This document shows, piece by piece, positions 9,778 through 18,317 of a stretch of DNA of 64,000 nucleotides (its first letter is position 1; every line of letters starts with the position of its first letter). Origin of the DNA: Phycisphaerae bacterium (GTDB taxonomy: Bacteria; Planctomycetota; Phycisphaerae; UBA1845); NCBI GenBank assembly GCA_963666835.2, contig CAXXGO010000001.1, forward strand, positions 1,632,001 to 1,696,000. The letters are read 5' to 3'. The position numbers were made by a program, and so were the translations under genes. The notes beneath the pieces are model-generated. The model searched no databases, had not been told where the DNA came from, and worked only from the letters and a program-made list of their open reading frames with translations.

Positions 9778-9992
9778 CGTTCGCTCCGCAGCTCCGCCCC
9801 GTTGTGATTGCAGCCCGACGAAACCGCAGCCGCCTCCAGGGTCGCCAGTGCCTCACGGTGCCGAGCCACGATCTTGGACGCGCGCCGTCGAACCAGTCGG
9901 CCGAGACCGCTCAAGTCGAGCGACATAAGGTCGTCACTATCCGGGTTAGGCTTAGATGGCACGGTCCAGCGCATTCCGCGTACTCCTTCCAC
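9774..9992 (-). CDS. Small hypothetical protein heading the flagellar operon
   Basis: 72-aa ORF whose TGA overlaps the flgF ATG (ATGA); no recognisable domain. Confidence 0.45.
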   Translation of the reverse strand: MEGVRGMRWTVPSKPNPDSDDLMSLDLSGLGRLVRRRASKIVARHREALATLEAAAVSSGCNHNGAELRSER

Positions 9993-10423
9993 CGTGACGG
10001 TGGTTCCACAGACATTCGTGCTGGCTTCTATGTCACGGGGTGTGCCAATCGCGCCTGAGCAAGCCTCGAAACTCGCTGTCGGAGGCGGGAGGGTGCCTGT
10101 AAATCTTTTCTTGTTAAGGACTTAGGTGCGGCGGCGGAGACTGCATCCTGGATGGTCGGCGGGTTTTGCCCGCCACGCCGACGCGCAAGACCTGCCGGTC
10201 GATCGGCAACACTCGCCGCATTCTGCGCCTCGGCGGGCGGAACGCACGTGGTGTTTGTACGCCGAATGCCGCTTCAATGCGGGCGTTTTATATTCGCAAA
10301 CGGATCTGCCGGCCTGGAGGAGAAGTTGTCAGGCAGGGGAACTCCGGCCGGCCGCGCCCCTTCCTTAACTGGGGCCGCGGGGAGGCCGTGGCGGCTGCCC
10401 GTCCGGCCAAGTACGATGCTCGA

Positions 10424-11821
10424 ATGGAACTGATGTTGATGATCGGATGGGGTGGCTTCGCAGGTCTGGCCTTGGGGATGGTAGCGTTCATCGCCACTTC
10501 GATCCACGAGCGCAAGTGGCGGGCGGTGCGGGTCGCGGGGTTGTTGTTCTTTCCACTGGCTGCGGCTGGCGTTGGGTTGCTGATTGCGGACTACCCCGGC
10601 AGAACGATTGTGATGACTGCGGGGCTGGGGTTGGGGGCGGTGCTTACGCTCCTGCTGATCATGCCGATCGGGGTGGCGCCTCGGATGGCGGTTCGAGGTC
10701 CGCAGGATCGCGTCGATGAGCGTGAAGTCGTCTTCCACCGGTTCAACCGACTGAAACCCGGCACGCCGGAATTCGAGGAGCACTATGGAGACCGGCCTGA
10801 GGTTCGGCTCGACGACGAGAAAACGCGGGCTCTCCCGAGGTTGGGGCAGCCTGGTTCCAGAGCGTACCATCCGCTGACCGCTCCCTTTCAGGTTGCCATG
10901 TTCGACGTGATCGAGCGGATGGCAAGTGACCTCGAGTGGTCACCGGATCCGATAGAGCGCGAGCCGGTGCAAGCCGCTCCGGACGAGTTCACACGGAGGA
11001 TCAAGGGGTTCGCCCGGTACCTCGGAGCCGATCTAGTCGGTACGACGAAGCTCAATCCGGCCTATGTGTACAGCCACATCGGCCGGTCTCCCGGCGTGAT
11101 GGGCGAGCCCATTGTCCTGGATCACCCGCGGGCCATCGTCGTGGCTGCCGAGATGGATCACGACATGGTCCGGCATGCCCCCGAGAGTCCCACCACGACG
11201 GAGACGGCGTTTAAATACTTCGAGGTTGCCAAAGTGGCAATGTTGACGGCCCGCTACATCAACATGCTCGGGTACGAAGCCCGGGCTCATGTGGACGGTA
11301 ATTACCGGGTAATGTGCGGTCCGATCGCGGTCGATGCCGGCTTGGGTGAACTGGGGCGGCTGGGGTTGATCATCACGCCCGAGTACGGTCCGCGGGTACG
11401 CTTGGCAGTGGTTACTACAAACCTCCCGCTGGTTGCCGATGAGCCGATCCATTTCGGGGTGCAGCATTTCTGCGATTTCTGCAAGAAGTGCGCCGAGAAC
11501 TGTCCGTCGCAATCGATCGAGGCGGGACACAAGTCCGTATACCGCGGGGTCGAGAAGTGGCAGAGCGACCAGGACGGATGTTATCGCTTTTGGAGGATGC
11601 AGGGCTCCGATTGCGCCGTATGCGTCAAAGTGTGCCCGTACTCGCACCCCAATAGTCCCCTGCACCGGATGGTTCGGTGGGCCATAAGCCGCAACGCCCT
11701 GGCGCGGCGCGTGGCTTTACTGGGAGACGACATCTTCTACGGTCGCCGGCCGCGCAATCGGTTTCCACGCCCTTACTGGCACGCAGAAAGCGCGCCTGGC
11801 GAAGGCTCGCGCGACTGCTGA
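10424..11821 (+). CDS. Reductive dehalogenase-family (cobalamin, 2x[4Fe-4S]) protein with N-terminal TM helices
   Basis: Start moved to ATG 10424 (in frame with the 10166 ORF). About three hydrophobic helices, then IKGFARYLGADLVG, LGYEARAH, AGLGELGRLGLIITPEYGPRVRL..VTTNLPL..D.PI.FG...FC..CKKCA..CP and C..C...CP. Confidence 0.85.
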   Translation: MELMLMIGWGGFAGLALGMVAFIATSIHERKWRAVRVAGLLFFPLAAAGVGLLIADYPGRTIVMTAGLGLGAVLTLLLIMPIGVAPRMAVRGPQDRVDEREVVFHRFNRLKPGTPEFEEHYGDRPEVRLDDEKTRALPRLGQPGSRAYHPLTAPFQVAMFDVIERMASDLEWSPDPIEREPVQAAPDEFTRRIKGFARYLGADLVGTTKLNPAYVYSHIGRSPGVMGEPIVLDHPRAIVVAAEMDHDMVRHAPESPTTTETAFKYFEVAKVAMLTARYINMLGYEARAHVDGNYRVMCGPIAVDAGLGELGRLGLIITPEYGPRVRLAVVTTNLPLVADEPIHFGVQHFCDFCKKCAENCPSQSIEAGHKSVYRGVEKWQSDQDGCYRFWRMQGSDCAVCVKVCPYSHPNSPLHRMVRWAISRNALARRVALLGDDIFYGRRPRNRFPRPYWHAESAPGEGSRDC

Positions 11822-11832
11822 GGCCGCCGGGC

Positions 11833-13320
11833 TCAGAGTCTCTCCACGATGCTACGAAAGTGCTCTCCGCGTTCGACGAAGTTGGCGTATCGATCGAAGC
11901 TGGGAGCCCCCGGCGAGAACAGAACGGCGTCACCGGGTCGCCCCAGGGCCTTTGCGGCTTGGACTGCCTCAGCCAGATCGGCGGCCTCGGTGACAGCGAC
12001 TGCTCCTTGTGAATTCGCGGTTTCTCGCAAGTTCTCAGCAAAACCGGGGCCGGATTCCCCCGTGCAGATCACCGCTTTGGCCGATTCGGCCACGTCAGCG
12101 GCCCAGCCTTTCGGTGGAGTGCCCTTATCCTGTCCCCCGACGATGGTGATCACCGGTCTGTCGAAACAGTTGAGCGCCGTGAGAGTAGCAGCCGGCGAGG
12201 TCGACTTGGAGTCGTTGTAATAATCCACGTCGTTAATCGAGCGGATTAGCTCCAAACGGTGCGGTAGGCCGGCGAATGAGCGCAGGTATATGCGCATGCG
12301 GCCCTCGTCGATCCCCAGATGCCGGCCGACTTCCAGAACGGCTGCGGCGTTCATTTGGTTGTGATCGCCCGGAACGACGAGGTCGATAGGAGGCTCCGGG
12401 GCGTGAATGCGAGTCAGGCGGTCCGGGCGGTCCTTCAACAGGCCGGCGAGCAGTGCCTCGGCAGCCGGGTGAAGCTGCCCGACGATCACGCGACTTTCCC
12501 CATCGGGGTCGCGCGCGACGTTCAACTTGGCCGCCGCATACTCAGCCAGTCCGTCATAGCGATCCAGATGGTGAGGGGCGAGGTTGAGCAGGACGGCGAG
12601 GTTGGGAGCCCAACGGATTCGCGGCAGATCCTCCAGTTGAGCATTCGAGAGTTCGAGAACGACCCAGTCCGTCTTGCGGATCCGGGGCAGGTCAGAGAGT
12701 AGTGACTTGCCGATATTGCCACCGAGATGTACCCCAGTATAACGGGCATGCCCACTCCGCAGATGGGCTTCGAGGGACACCGCCAGCATTGTACATGTGG
12801 TGCTCTTACCGTACGAACCGGTGATTCCGATGACCGGTGCGGGGCAGCGTTCACAGAACAGGTTGATTTCGGTGGTCCACGGGATCCCACGTCGCAGGAT
12901 CTCCTGAAACAGAGCCGATTCTCGCTTTCGAACGGCCGGGTTGACGATGACCAGGTCACTCTTGTCCAGGATGCGAGGGTCGTGGCCGCCCAACTGCAGT
13001 TGAATGTCGAGGTCCTCGACATCCTGGATCGATTTCTCGAGCTCATCCGGGTCGGCTTGGTCGGTGACGGTTACGGCCGCGCCCTGGGATGCCAGCCATC
13101 GCGTGACCCCGATCCCGCCCCCGAACCTACCGAGCCCGATAACCAGCACGCGAGCATCATTGAGGGTCTGCGAAGGACTCTCGGGCTGTCTGGGGCGGGT
13201 GTCGGGCACCGGATATCTCGCCTTCTCTTTGGATTCCTCTACTACCGTTGCGCGCTGGCCCTCAATGGGCGGATCTGCGGCGCGGTAACGCTCGGCATTG
13301 TAGACCGCCGGCCGGTTCAC
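11833..13320 (-). CDS. murD: UDP-N-acetylmuramoyl-L-alanine--D-glutamate ligase MurD
   Basis: GLGRFGGG, GITGSYGKSTT, GGNIG, ELSNAQLE, HLDRY, GLPHRLE, NDSKST, SPGAPSFDRYANF.ERG. True start may be downstream of 13320. Confidence 0.92.
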   Translation of the reverse strand: MNRPAVYNAERYRAADPPIEGQRATVVEESKEKARYPVPDTRPRQPESPSQTLNDARVLVIGLGRFGGGIGVTRWLASQGAAVTVTDQADPDELEKSIQDVEDLDIQLQLGGHDPRILDKSDLVIVNPAVRKRESALFQEILRRGIPWTTEINLFCERCPAPVIGITGSYGKSTTCTMLAVSLEAHLRSGHARYTGVHLGGNIGKSLLSDLPRIRKTDWVVLELSNAQLEDLPRIRWAPNLAVLLNLAPHHLDRYDGLAEYAAAKLNVARDPDGESRVIVGQLHPAAEALLAGLLKDRPDRLTRIHAPEPPIDLVVPGDHNQMNAAAVLEVGRHLGIDEGRMRIYLRSFAGLPHRLELIRSINDVDYYNDSKSTSPAATLTALNCFDRPVITIVGGQDKGTPPKGWAADVAESAKAVICTGESGPGFAENLRETANSQGAVAVTEAADLAEAVQAAKALGRPGDAVLFSPGAPSFDRYANFVERGEHFRSIVERL

Positions 13321-13430
13321 ACCAGAAGGAGCCGGTCGACCCTGTGATATCCAGTCCGCAGCGATTACCGGGAATGGGGTGGAGGGGGTGCTGAGCTGCT
13401 GTTTCGGAGAGGATGGCTGCGCCGCGTTTA

Positions 13431-13460
13431 TTGACAGGTCTCTTAGGCTACCCGTATAAC
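13431..13460 (+). promoter_or_regulatory. Sigma70-type promoter
   Basis: TTGACA-N18-TATAAC about 160 nt upstream of the FG-GAP gene. Confidence 0.65.
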
Positions 13461-13618
13461 TCCTCGACTGTGCGCTAGCGGGGGTGAGGGTGCCCAGAGG
13501 CGGCGTACCCCCGTGCGTCTAAGGTCTTAGCCGGCGGGTTGGGGGCGGTTCTTCGGAGCCGTGACCTTGGCTTGGCGACCATCCTTGACGCCTAACCAGG
13601 TTTTCTCGGAGTTTCGAG

Positions 13619-16312
13619 GTGATGACTTATATGTTGAGTGGTAGCGGCCGGTTCTCGCTTTTCCGGGTTGCGAGTTTCGGGCTCTGTGCGTTGTTGGCGG
13701 TGGTTCTGGTGGGTTGCCCGACGGCTGTGGATCCAAATGGCAACACCAACGGGAACACTAACACTGCAACGGGCTTGGATGGGGTCGAAGGCGAGATCAT
13801 CACGCTGCGGACGAATCGGTCTGTCTCGGCCCTCGAGCCGTTTATGTCGATCCTGTACAACCTGTCCGGGGTGCCGAGCGGCGCCGGAATCAGCGCTTTT
13901 CGGGTCCTGGTCGAGGATAGCTCTGCTGACGCAGAGGAGATCGGCGCGCGTATCGTGATCGCTACCGGCCTGTTGGAGGGGGAGTCTCAGGCCTTCAGCT
14001 TTGATCCCCAGACCTCAGGGGCGGGTTATCACCGTTTGGGCTTGTTGATTACGTCCGGTGAAGAGCAAGTGACGGTTCTCAGCGACGGTACCGTTCACGT
14101 GCAGAGCCCCCCGTCACCCTCGTTTGTTCTGCCCTCCGGGGCGATCACCGAGGTCACGGTGGACGAGCAGGTTTTGATCAAGTTTGATGCCGGAGACCTC
14201 GACGACAACGCTCAGTGGCGTCTTTTCTACTTCTCGGCGAGCGACTCACTGAGCGGTGCCATCAGCACGTACGGTACGCAGTTGGCGATCGGCTCGGGCA
14301 ATGTGGGCAGCTACACGTTGTCGACGGAGGGGTTCGCCCTTGGCGATTATCAATTAGGGTTGTCCGTAACCAACAATGGTGAAACGGTTGCCGACGCCGT
14401 CACGAACGGTAACGAAGAGTATATCGTCACGATTCCGAACGGCACCTCAACGCCGATCCTCCGGGTGGTTGAGGAAACTTCGGTAACTCGGCCGACCTTC
14501 GTGTTCATCGATCCGGGAACCAGCGGAGTAGAGCTGTTCGGCAGCGAGGCCTATACCATCCGGTTTGCCGCCACGGCCGATGACGAGGGTGGGGACGCCA
14601 CCATAGAGCTGTTCCTCGACAAGAACGAGGACGTAAGCGATGGCTTCACCCGCGTATTGGCTTCGGATCTATCTATCACGACGACGGCGGTGTCATTGCC
14701 GACGAATCTTGCGGAGGGCACGTACTACGTTGGGGCGACCGTTACGCAGGGGTCCGTTCTTCCCGTGACAACGTATGCGAACGGCTCCATAAAGATAGTC
14801 CGTAAGGTGAGTCTACTGGTTACGGCCCCGAACACCAGCCTGCCGGTCTATCCGGGTGCTCCCGTCGAGGTCAAATGGACGACGAATGTACCCGCCACGG
14901 TGGGTACGGTGGACGTCTTTGCTCGTGCGTTGGACGAGGACGACGAGCCGATGGGCTCGGAGATCGAGATTCTGGCGCCTTCGTCGACGTCGGTTACATC
15001 CGCGGATTTCAGTAGCGACATATCCGGCGTTTTTCGGATTACCGTTCGCCTGCAGTTGAACGACACCACCTACGACAGCGGAAGCTGCACGGACGGGGTC
15101 TGCCTGCAGAACGCCCCCAGGGCCGTGCGGATCTCTTCCACGCCGCCGGTGCTGTGGCTGGGATCGCTGGCCGAGAGCGAGCCCCCGTTCGAAGGGGCGA
15201 TTTTCGAGGGCGTCAACTACCAGGATAATGCGGGTACGGCGTTCTCGGCGGTGGGCGATTTGGACGGCGATGGGCTCGGAGAGTTTCTTGTCAACGCCCG
15301 ATACGGCAAGCCGTTCTTCCTCAATTCGACCGGAGTCGGTATGGGGGAGGCCTATCTCATCTACGGCGAAAGCGGCGGCAGCAAGCTCCTGGGTTCGTAT
15401 AACCTCAACTCGGTATCGACCGGAGGCATCAGAGGTGTAGCGTTCACGGGGATAAGGACCAAGCAGGGCTCAACCGCCACATCCGGGATGAGTTCGGTAT
15501 CACGGCTCCCGGACGTCGACGGGGATGATCGGGACGAATTGGTGTTCGGTTTCCCGTACATCGATTCGCGGGGGCACAACGTGTCCACTGTGCAGGATGG
15601 AGTAGTTGACCCGCGTTCACTTGCCACGCTCGAGCGCGAGGGGCAGTTCAAACGCGGCGGTATCGTGATCGTCAGCAGCCGCAACAGTATATTACAGGAT
15701 CCGCCTACTACCGGGGGCGGGGCGGTGATCAATCTGGACTTGGTTGGTCAGGACTTCGAAGTGACCTGCGTGCAGCCTGAGCCCGAGGAGAGGTTGCCGG
15801 ACGACACCGGAGAGTTTACGGTCGATGCCCACTCTGCTTTCACCGGTGATGATCCTTGTTCGGGGACGTGCGAGAACCGTTCGAGCGGTGGGAGGGCGGA
15901 TGCGACGGAGTACGTCGACTTCGGATTCGTGGCCGCATTGTCCCGGGATTTCTTCTCGACTTATGTCTACAGTTTCGACCTGTACGATGGGGTCAGGTTC
16001 TGCACGGCCATCGATCCGTTCGTCAACGACGATTGTACGGGCTTCCGTCCCCTCGAGTACTGCACGCCGTTTGTGGCGACCTGTGAGCCCTTCTCGCCGG
16101 GGCTACACGCGGATGCACTCGATCCCGACGAAGGGGATGCTGACGAGTACGGCAACCCGTTCTACACGCGACACTCGGGGTTCTACCCCTACTTCCTGGA
16201 AGACGAAGGTGATGGGCAAGATGTGGTGCTGAACGAACCGCTTGAGCCCCTCGGAGGCCCGGATTATCGGTGTTGGTTGTCGGGGACGGTTTTGGCACGT
16301 CGCTTACCCTGA
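13619..16312 (+). CDS. Large lipoprotein with Ig-like and FG-GAP/integrin-alpha-like repeats, N-terminal part (frameshifted near 16255)
   Basis: Lipobox LAVVLVGC; GDLDGDGLGEFLVNA...GEAYLIYG and DVDGDDRDELVFG repeats. Start may be ATG 13631 (GAGGTG RBS). Confidence 0.8.
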   Translation: MMTYMLSGSGRFSLFRVASFGLCALLAVVLVGCPTAVDPNGNTNGNTNTATGLDGVEGEIITLRTNRSVSALEPFMSILYNLSGVPSGAGISAFRVLVEDSSADAEEIGARIVIATGLLEGESQAFSFDPQTSGAGYHRLGLLITSGEEQVTVLSDGTVHVQSPPSPSFVLPSGAITEVTVDEQVLIKFDAGDLDDNAQWRLFYFSASDSLSGAISTYGTQLAIGSGNVGSYTLSTEGFALGDYQLGLSVTNNGETVADAVTNGNEEYIVTIPNGTSTPILRVVEETSVTRPTFVFIDPGTSGVELFGSEAYTIRFAATADDEGGDATIELFLDKNEDVSDGFTRVLASDLSITTTAVSLPTNLAEGTYYVGATVTQGSVLPVTTYANGSIKIVRKVSLLVTAPNTSLPVYPGAPVEVKWTTNVPATVGTVDVFARALDEDDEPMGSEIEILAPSSTSVTSADFSSDISGVFRITVRLQLNDTTYDSGSCTDGVCLQNAPRAVRISSTPPVLWLGSLAESEPPFEGAIFEGVNYQDNAGTAFSAVGDLDGDGLGEFLVNARYGKPFFLNSTGVGMGEAYLIYGESGGSKLLGSYNLNSVSTGGIRGVAFTGIRTKQGSTATSGMSSVSRLPDVDGDDRDELVFGFPYIDSRGHNVSTVQDGVVDPRSLATLEREGQFKRGGIVIVSSRNSILQDPPTTGGGAVINLDLVGQDFEVTCVQPEPEERLPDDTGEFTVDAHSAFTGDDPCSGTCENRSSGGRADATEYVDFGFVAALSRDFFSTYVYSFDLYDGVRFCTAIDPFVNDDCTGFRPLEYCTPFVATCEPFSPGLHADALDPDEGDADEYGNPFYTRHSGFYPYFLEDEGDGQDVVLNEPLEPLGGPDYRCWLSGTVLARRLP

Positions 16313-16518
16313 GCAACCGGGCCGGTTCGGGGGCAGGCGACATCATTGTCTCGTCGCCTGAGCGGACGGCCCGCGGAATACTCTTCGGACCGACGGGTGG
16401 TGGATGCACCGACCCGACCATCTGCGGTGGGGAGATTGACGGGCTGGAAGAGTCCCCCGGGGTTCCCGAAGGTGAGCACGAATTCGGGCGTGGCCTATAT
16501 GTTCGCTCTTAGAAGCCT

Positions 16519-17790
16519 GTGGACTCAAGACGGATTAGGTCAATATCCGCCGAGGCCGCACCAGTATATCGTGGGCGAGGCCAGCCACTGCGGGCGGGGC
16601 CGACTTTCCTGATCGACAACGTTGACGCTACCCGGATCTCCGGGTTCTCCAACGATCAGATTACGAACATTGTCGGTATCGACGACTTCAACGCGGACGG
16701 CCTCAACGATTTTGCGGTTGGAGCCCCCGAGGCCGACTCTGGAAATGGCCGGGTCTACGTAGCGTTCCGCCGGAGTGTAGGGCTGGAGGGCGATTTTGTA
16801 TTGGAGAAACTTGCGTATGCTCCGGATGATCCGGAGCGTCTAACCGGGGCCATGATAATCACAAACACGGCCGACGAATTGGGATCCAGCTTGGCTTCGG
16901 GAGTGGATTTCAACGGCGATGGGCTGTCTGATCTGGTGATTGGAAGCCCGGGCGCTTCCGGTGGGATAGGCGAGGTCACTATCGTTTTCGGCGATGCGAA
17001 TCTGCGCACTCCTGAAGACGGCGTGACTGTTTCGACTCTGCTGGCCACGCGCGACGCTTCAGGGCAGCCGCGGGCTGTGCGGATAACCGGCAACAGCCTC
17101 GACAGTCGGGGCAGATTCGGTTTCAACGTGGCCAACGGTGGCGATGTCGACGGCGACGGCTACAACGACCTGCTCATAGCCGCGCCGGGTGCGACGCCGC
17201 GGTTCGATCCGGATCCGACTGATGATGACGATTCCCTGACGGAGCCCGGCATCGACGCGGATTACGATGGTTACGCGGACGATGTAAGCGGCCCGCTAGG
17301 CTTGCCGAATGGCAATGATCCGATCACAGAGCCCGAGAGCTATGACCGTCTCGACAACGCGGGACTGGTCTACGTCATCTACGGATCCAACCGCCTCGAC
17401 CAGATTCAGACCTGCGAGGGCACTACGGATCTTTGCACTACCGATGCCGATTGCGGCGATGACATTGCGTGCCTTAGCTCAGACTTCACCGTGAGTATTG
17501 ACCAGCTCGGCGGTGACAAGCTCATGGGCTTCATTGTCGCGGGACGCCGCGAGGGTGACCGCCTGGGTGGTGGCGACGCGGGGGACACCGACATCGGAGG
17601 CAGCTCGGAAAAGACCGGACGTGGTCGTTCCTTCGGCTTGGCTTCGGCAGGTGACGTCGACGGTGATGGGCGAGATGACATCGTGATCGGGTCGGTGCTG
17701 GCCGATCCGCGGCCCGATCCCAACACCGGTTCTGCGGTGGAGAACGGCGGAGAGGCCTACTTGATTTATGGGTCAGTGACCAACCCGTAG
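16519..17790 (+). CDS. C-terminal part of the same FG-GAP repeat protein
   Basis: DFNADGLNDFAVGAP...GRVYV, DFNGDGLSDLVIGSP, GDVDGDGYNDLLIAAP, GDVDGDGRDDIVIGS...GEAYLIYG. No signal peptide; protein-like sequence in this frame starts near 16597. Confidence 0.8.
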   Translation: MDSRRIRSISAEAAPVYRGRGQPLRAGPTFLIDNVDATRISGFSNDQITNIVGIDDFNADGLNDFAVGAPEADSGNGRVYVAFRRSVGLEGDFVLEKLAYAPDDPERLTGAMIITNTADELGSSLASGVDFNGDGLSDLVIGSPGASGGIGEVTIVFGDANLRTPEDGVTVSTLLATRDASGQPRAVRITGNSLDSRGRFGFNVANGGDVDGDGYNDLLIAAPGATPRFDPDPTDDDDSLTEPGIDADYDGYADDVSGPLGLPNGNDPITEPESYDRLDNAGLVYVIYGSNRLDQIQTCEGTTDLCTTDADCGDDIACLSSDFTVSIDQLGGDKLMGFIVAGRREGDRLGGGDAGDTDIGGSSEKTGRGRSFGLASAGDVDGDGRDDIVIGSVLADPRPDPNTGSAVENGGEAYLIYGSVTNP

Positions 17791-17999
17791 GACCGAAAAA
17801 CCGAAGATTCTTAACGGGAGTCATCTCCGGCTTGGCCGCCCCGGGCGGCGGCGAGTCGGGGGTGGCTCCTGTTCGTTTGGGCGCCCTGGCGTCAAGCCTG
17901 CCCGAACCCGGTTTCCGGATCAAAACGCACTGCGCAACTCTCGTTATTCCCGATAATTACGGTGTCTGCGGCCGGTCAGCGGGTCTGAGGACGTTCAGG

Positions 18000-18029
18000 T
18001 TGACAGACAGTTGTCTGGAACGATACGAT
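18000..18029 (+). promoter_or_regulatory. Sigma70-type promoter with a palindrome in the spacer
   Basis: TTGACA-N18-TACGAT; inverted repeat CAGACAgtTGTCTG at 18004-18017 overlaps the -35 and spacer. Confidence 0.55.
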
Positions 18030-18317
18030 TGCCATCGGGATGTGGTCTCGATGTCCGTTTGCGTCCGCGCGGCGGAACAGCGGAAAAGGGCGATAGACGC
18101 CTTCCTGGGGGGTTCCTGGCAGGTGCGGTGACGCGCCGCCCGGCGGCTGGGGCTGCGGTGTGGGACCCTCGCAGTTTCCGTCTGCGGCGGAATGAGGCGG
18201 CACTGTCTCGCCGGTGGGATCATGGTAGAAGCGGCGGGATCTTCTTTAGTAGGGACTGGTGATCGAATCGATCTCGAAAAGTAGAGGTCGACGAGCGTCC
18301 AACGGGAGTGGCATTCG

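Noticed and set aside
10033..10048. Sigma54 promoter for the flagellar operon (minus strand TTGGCACACCCCGTGA)
   Set aside because: Good -24 element, but the -12 reads GA instead of the near-invariant GC.
10166..10423. N-terminal extensions given by the ORF track (also 50823-51071, 53355-53594, 43021-43134, 37448-37648)
   Set aside because: Low-complexity Arg/Pro-rich translation overlapping promoters or neighbouring genes; downstream ATGs fit family starts or RBS better.
10424..11821. Epoxyqueuosine reductase QueG
   Set aside because: Lacks the QueG GxDYH motif and HEAT-like tail; the TM N-terminus and FCxxCKKCAxxCP context fit RdhA-like proteins better.
13461..13618. Riboswitch in the long leaders (also 18030-18317)
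   Set aside because: Hairpins are present but I recognise no riboswitch consensus; an Infernal/Rfam scan would be needed.
16250..16615. Programmed ribosomal frameshifting or phase variation
   Set aside because: About four successive shifts would be needed, and there are no long homopolymer tracts or canonical slippery heptamers.
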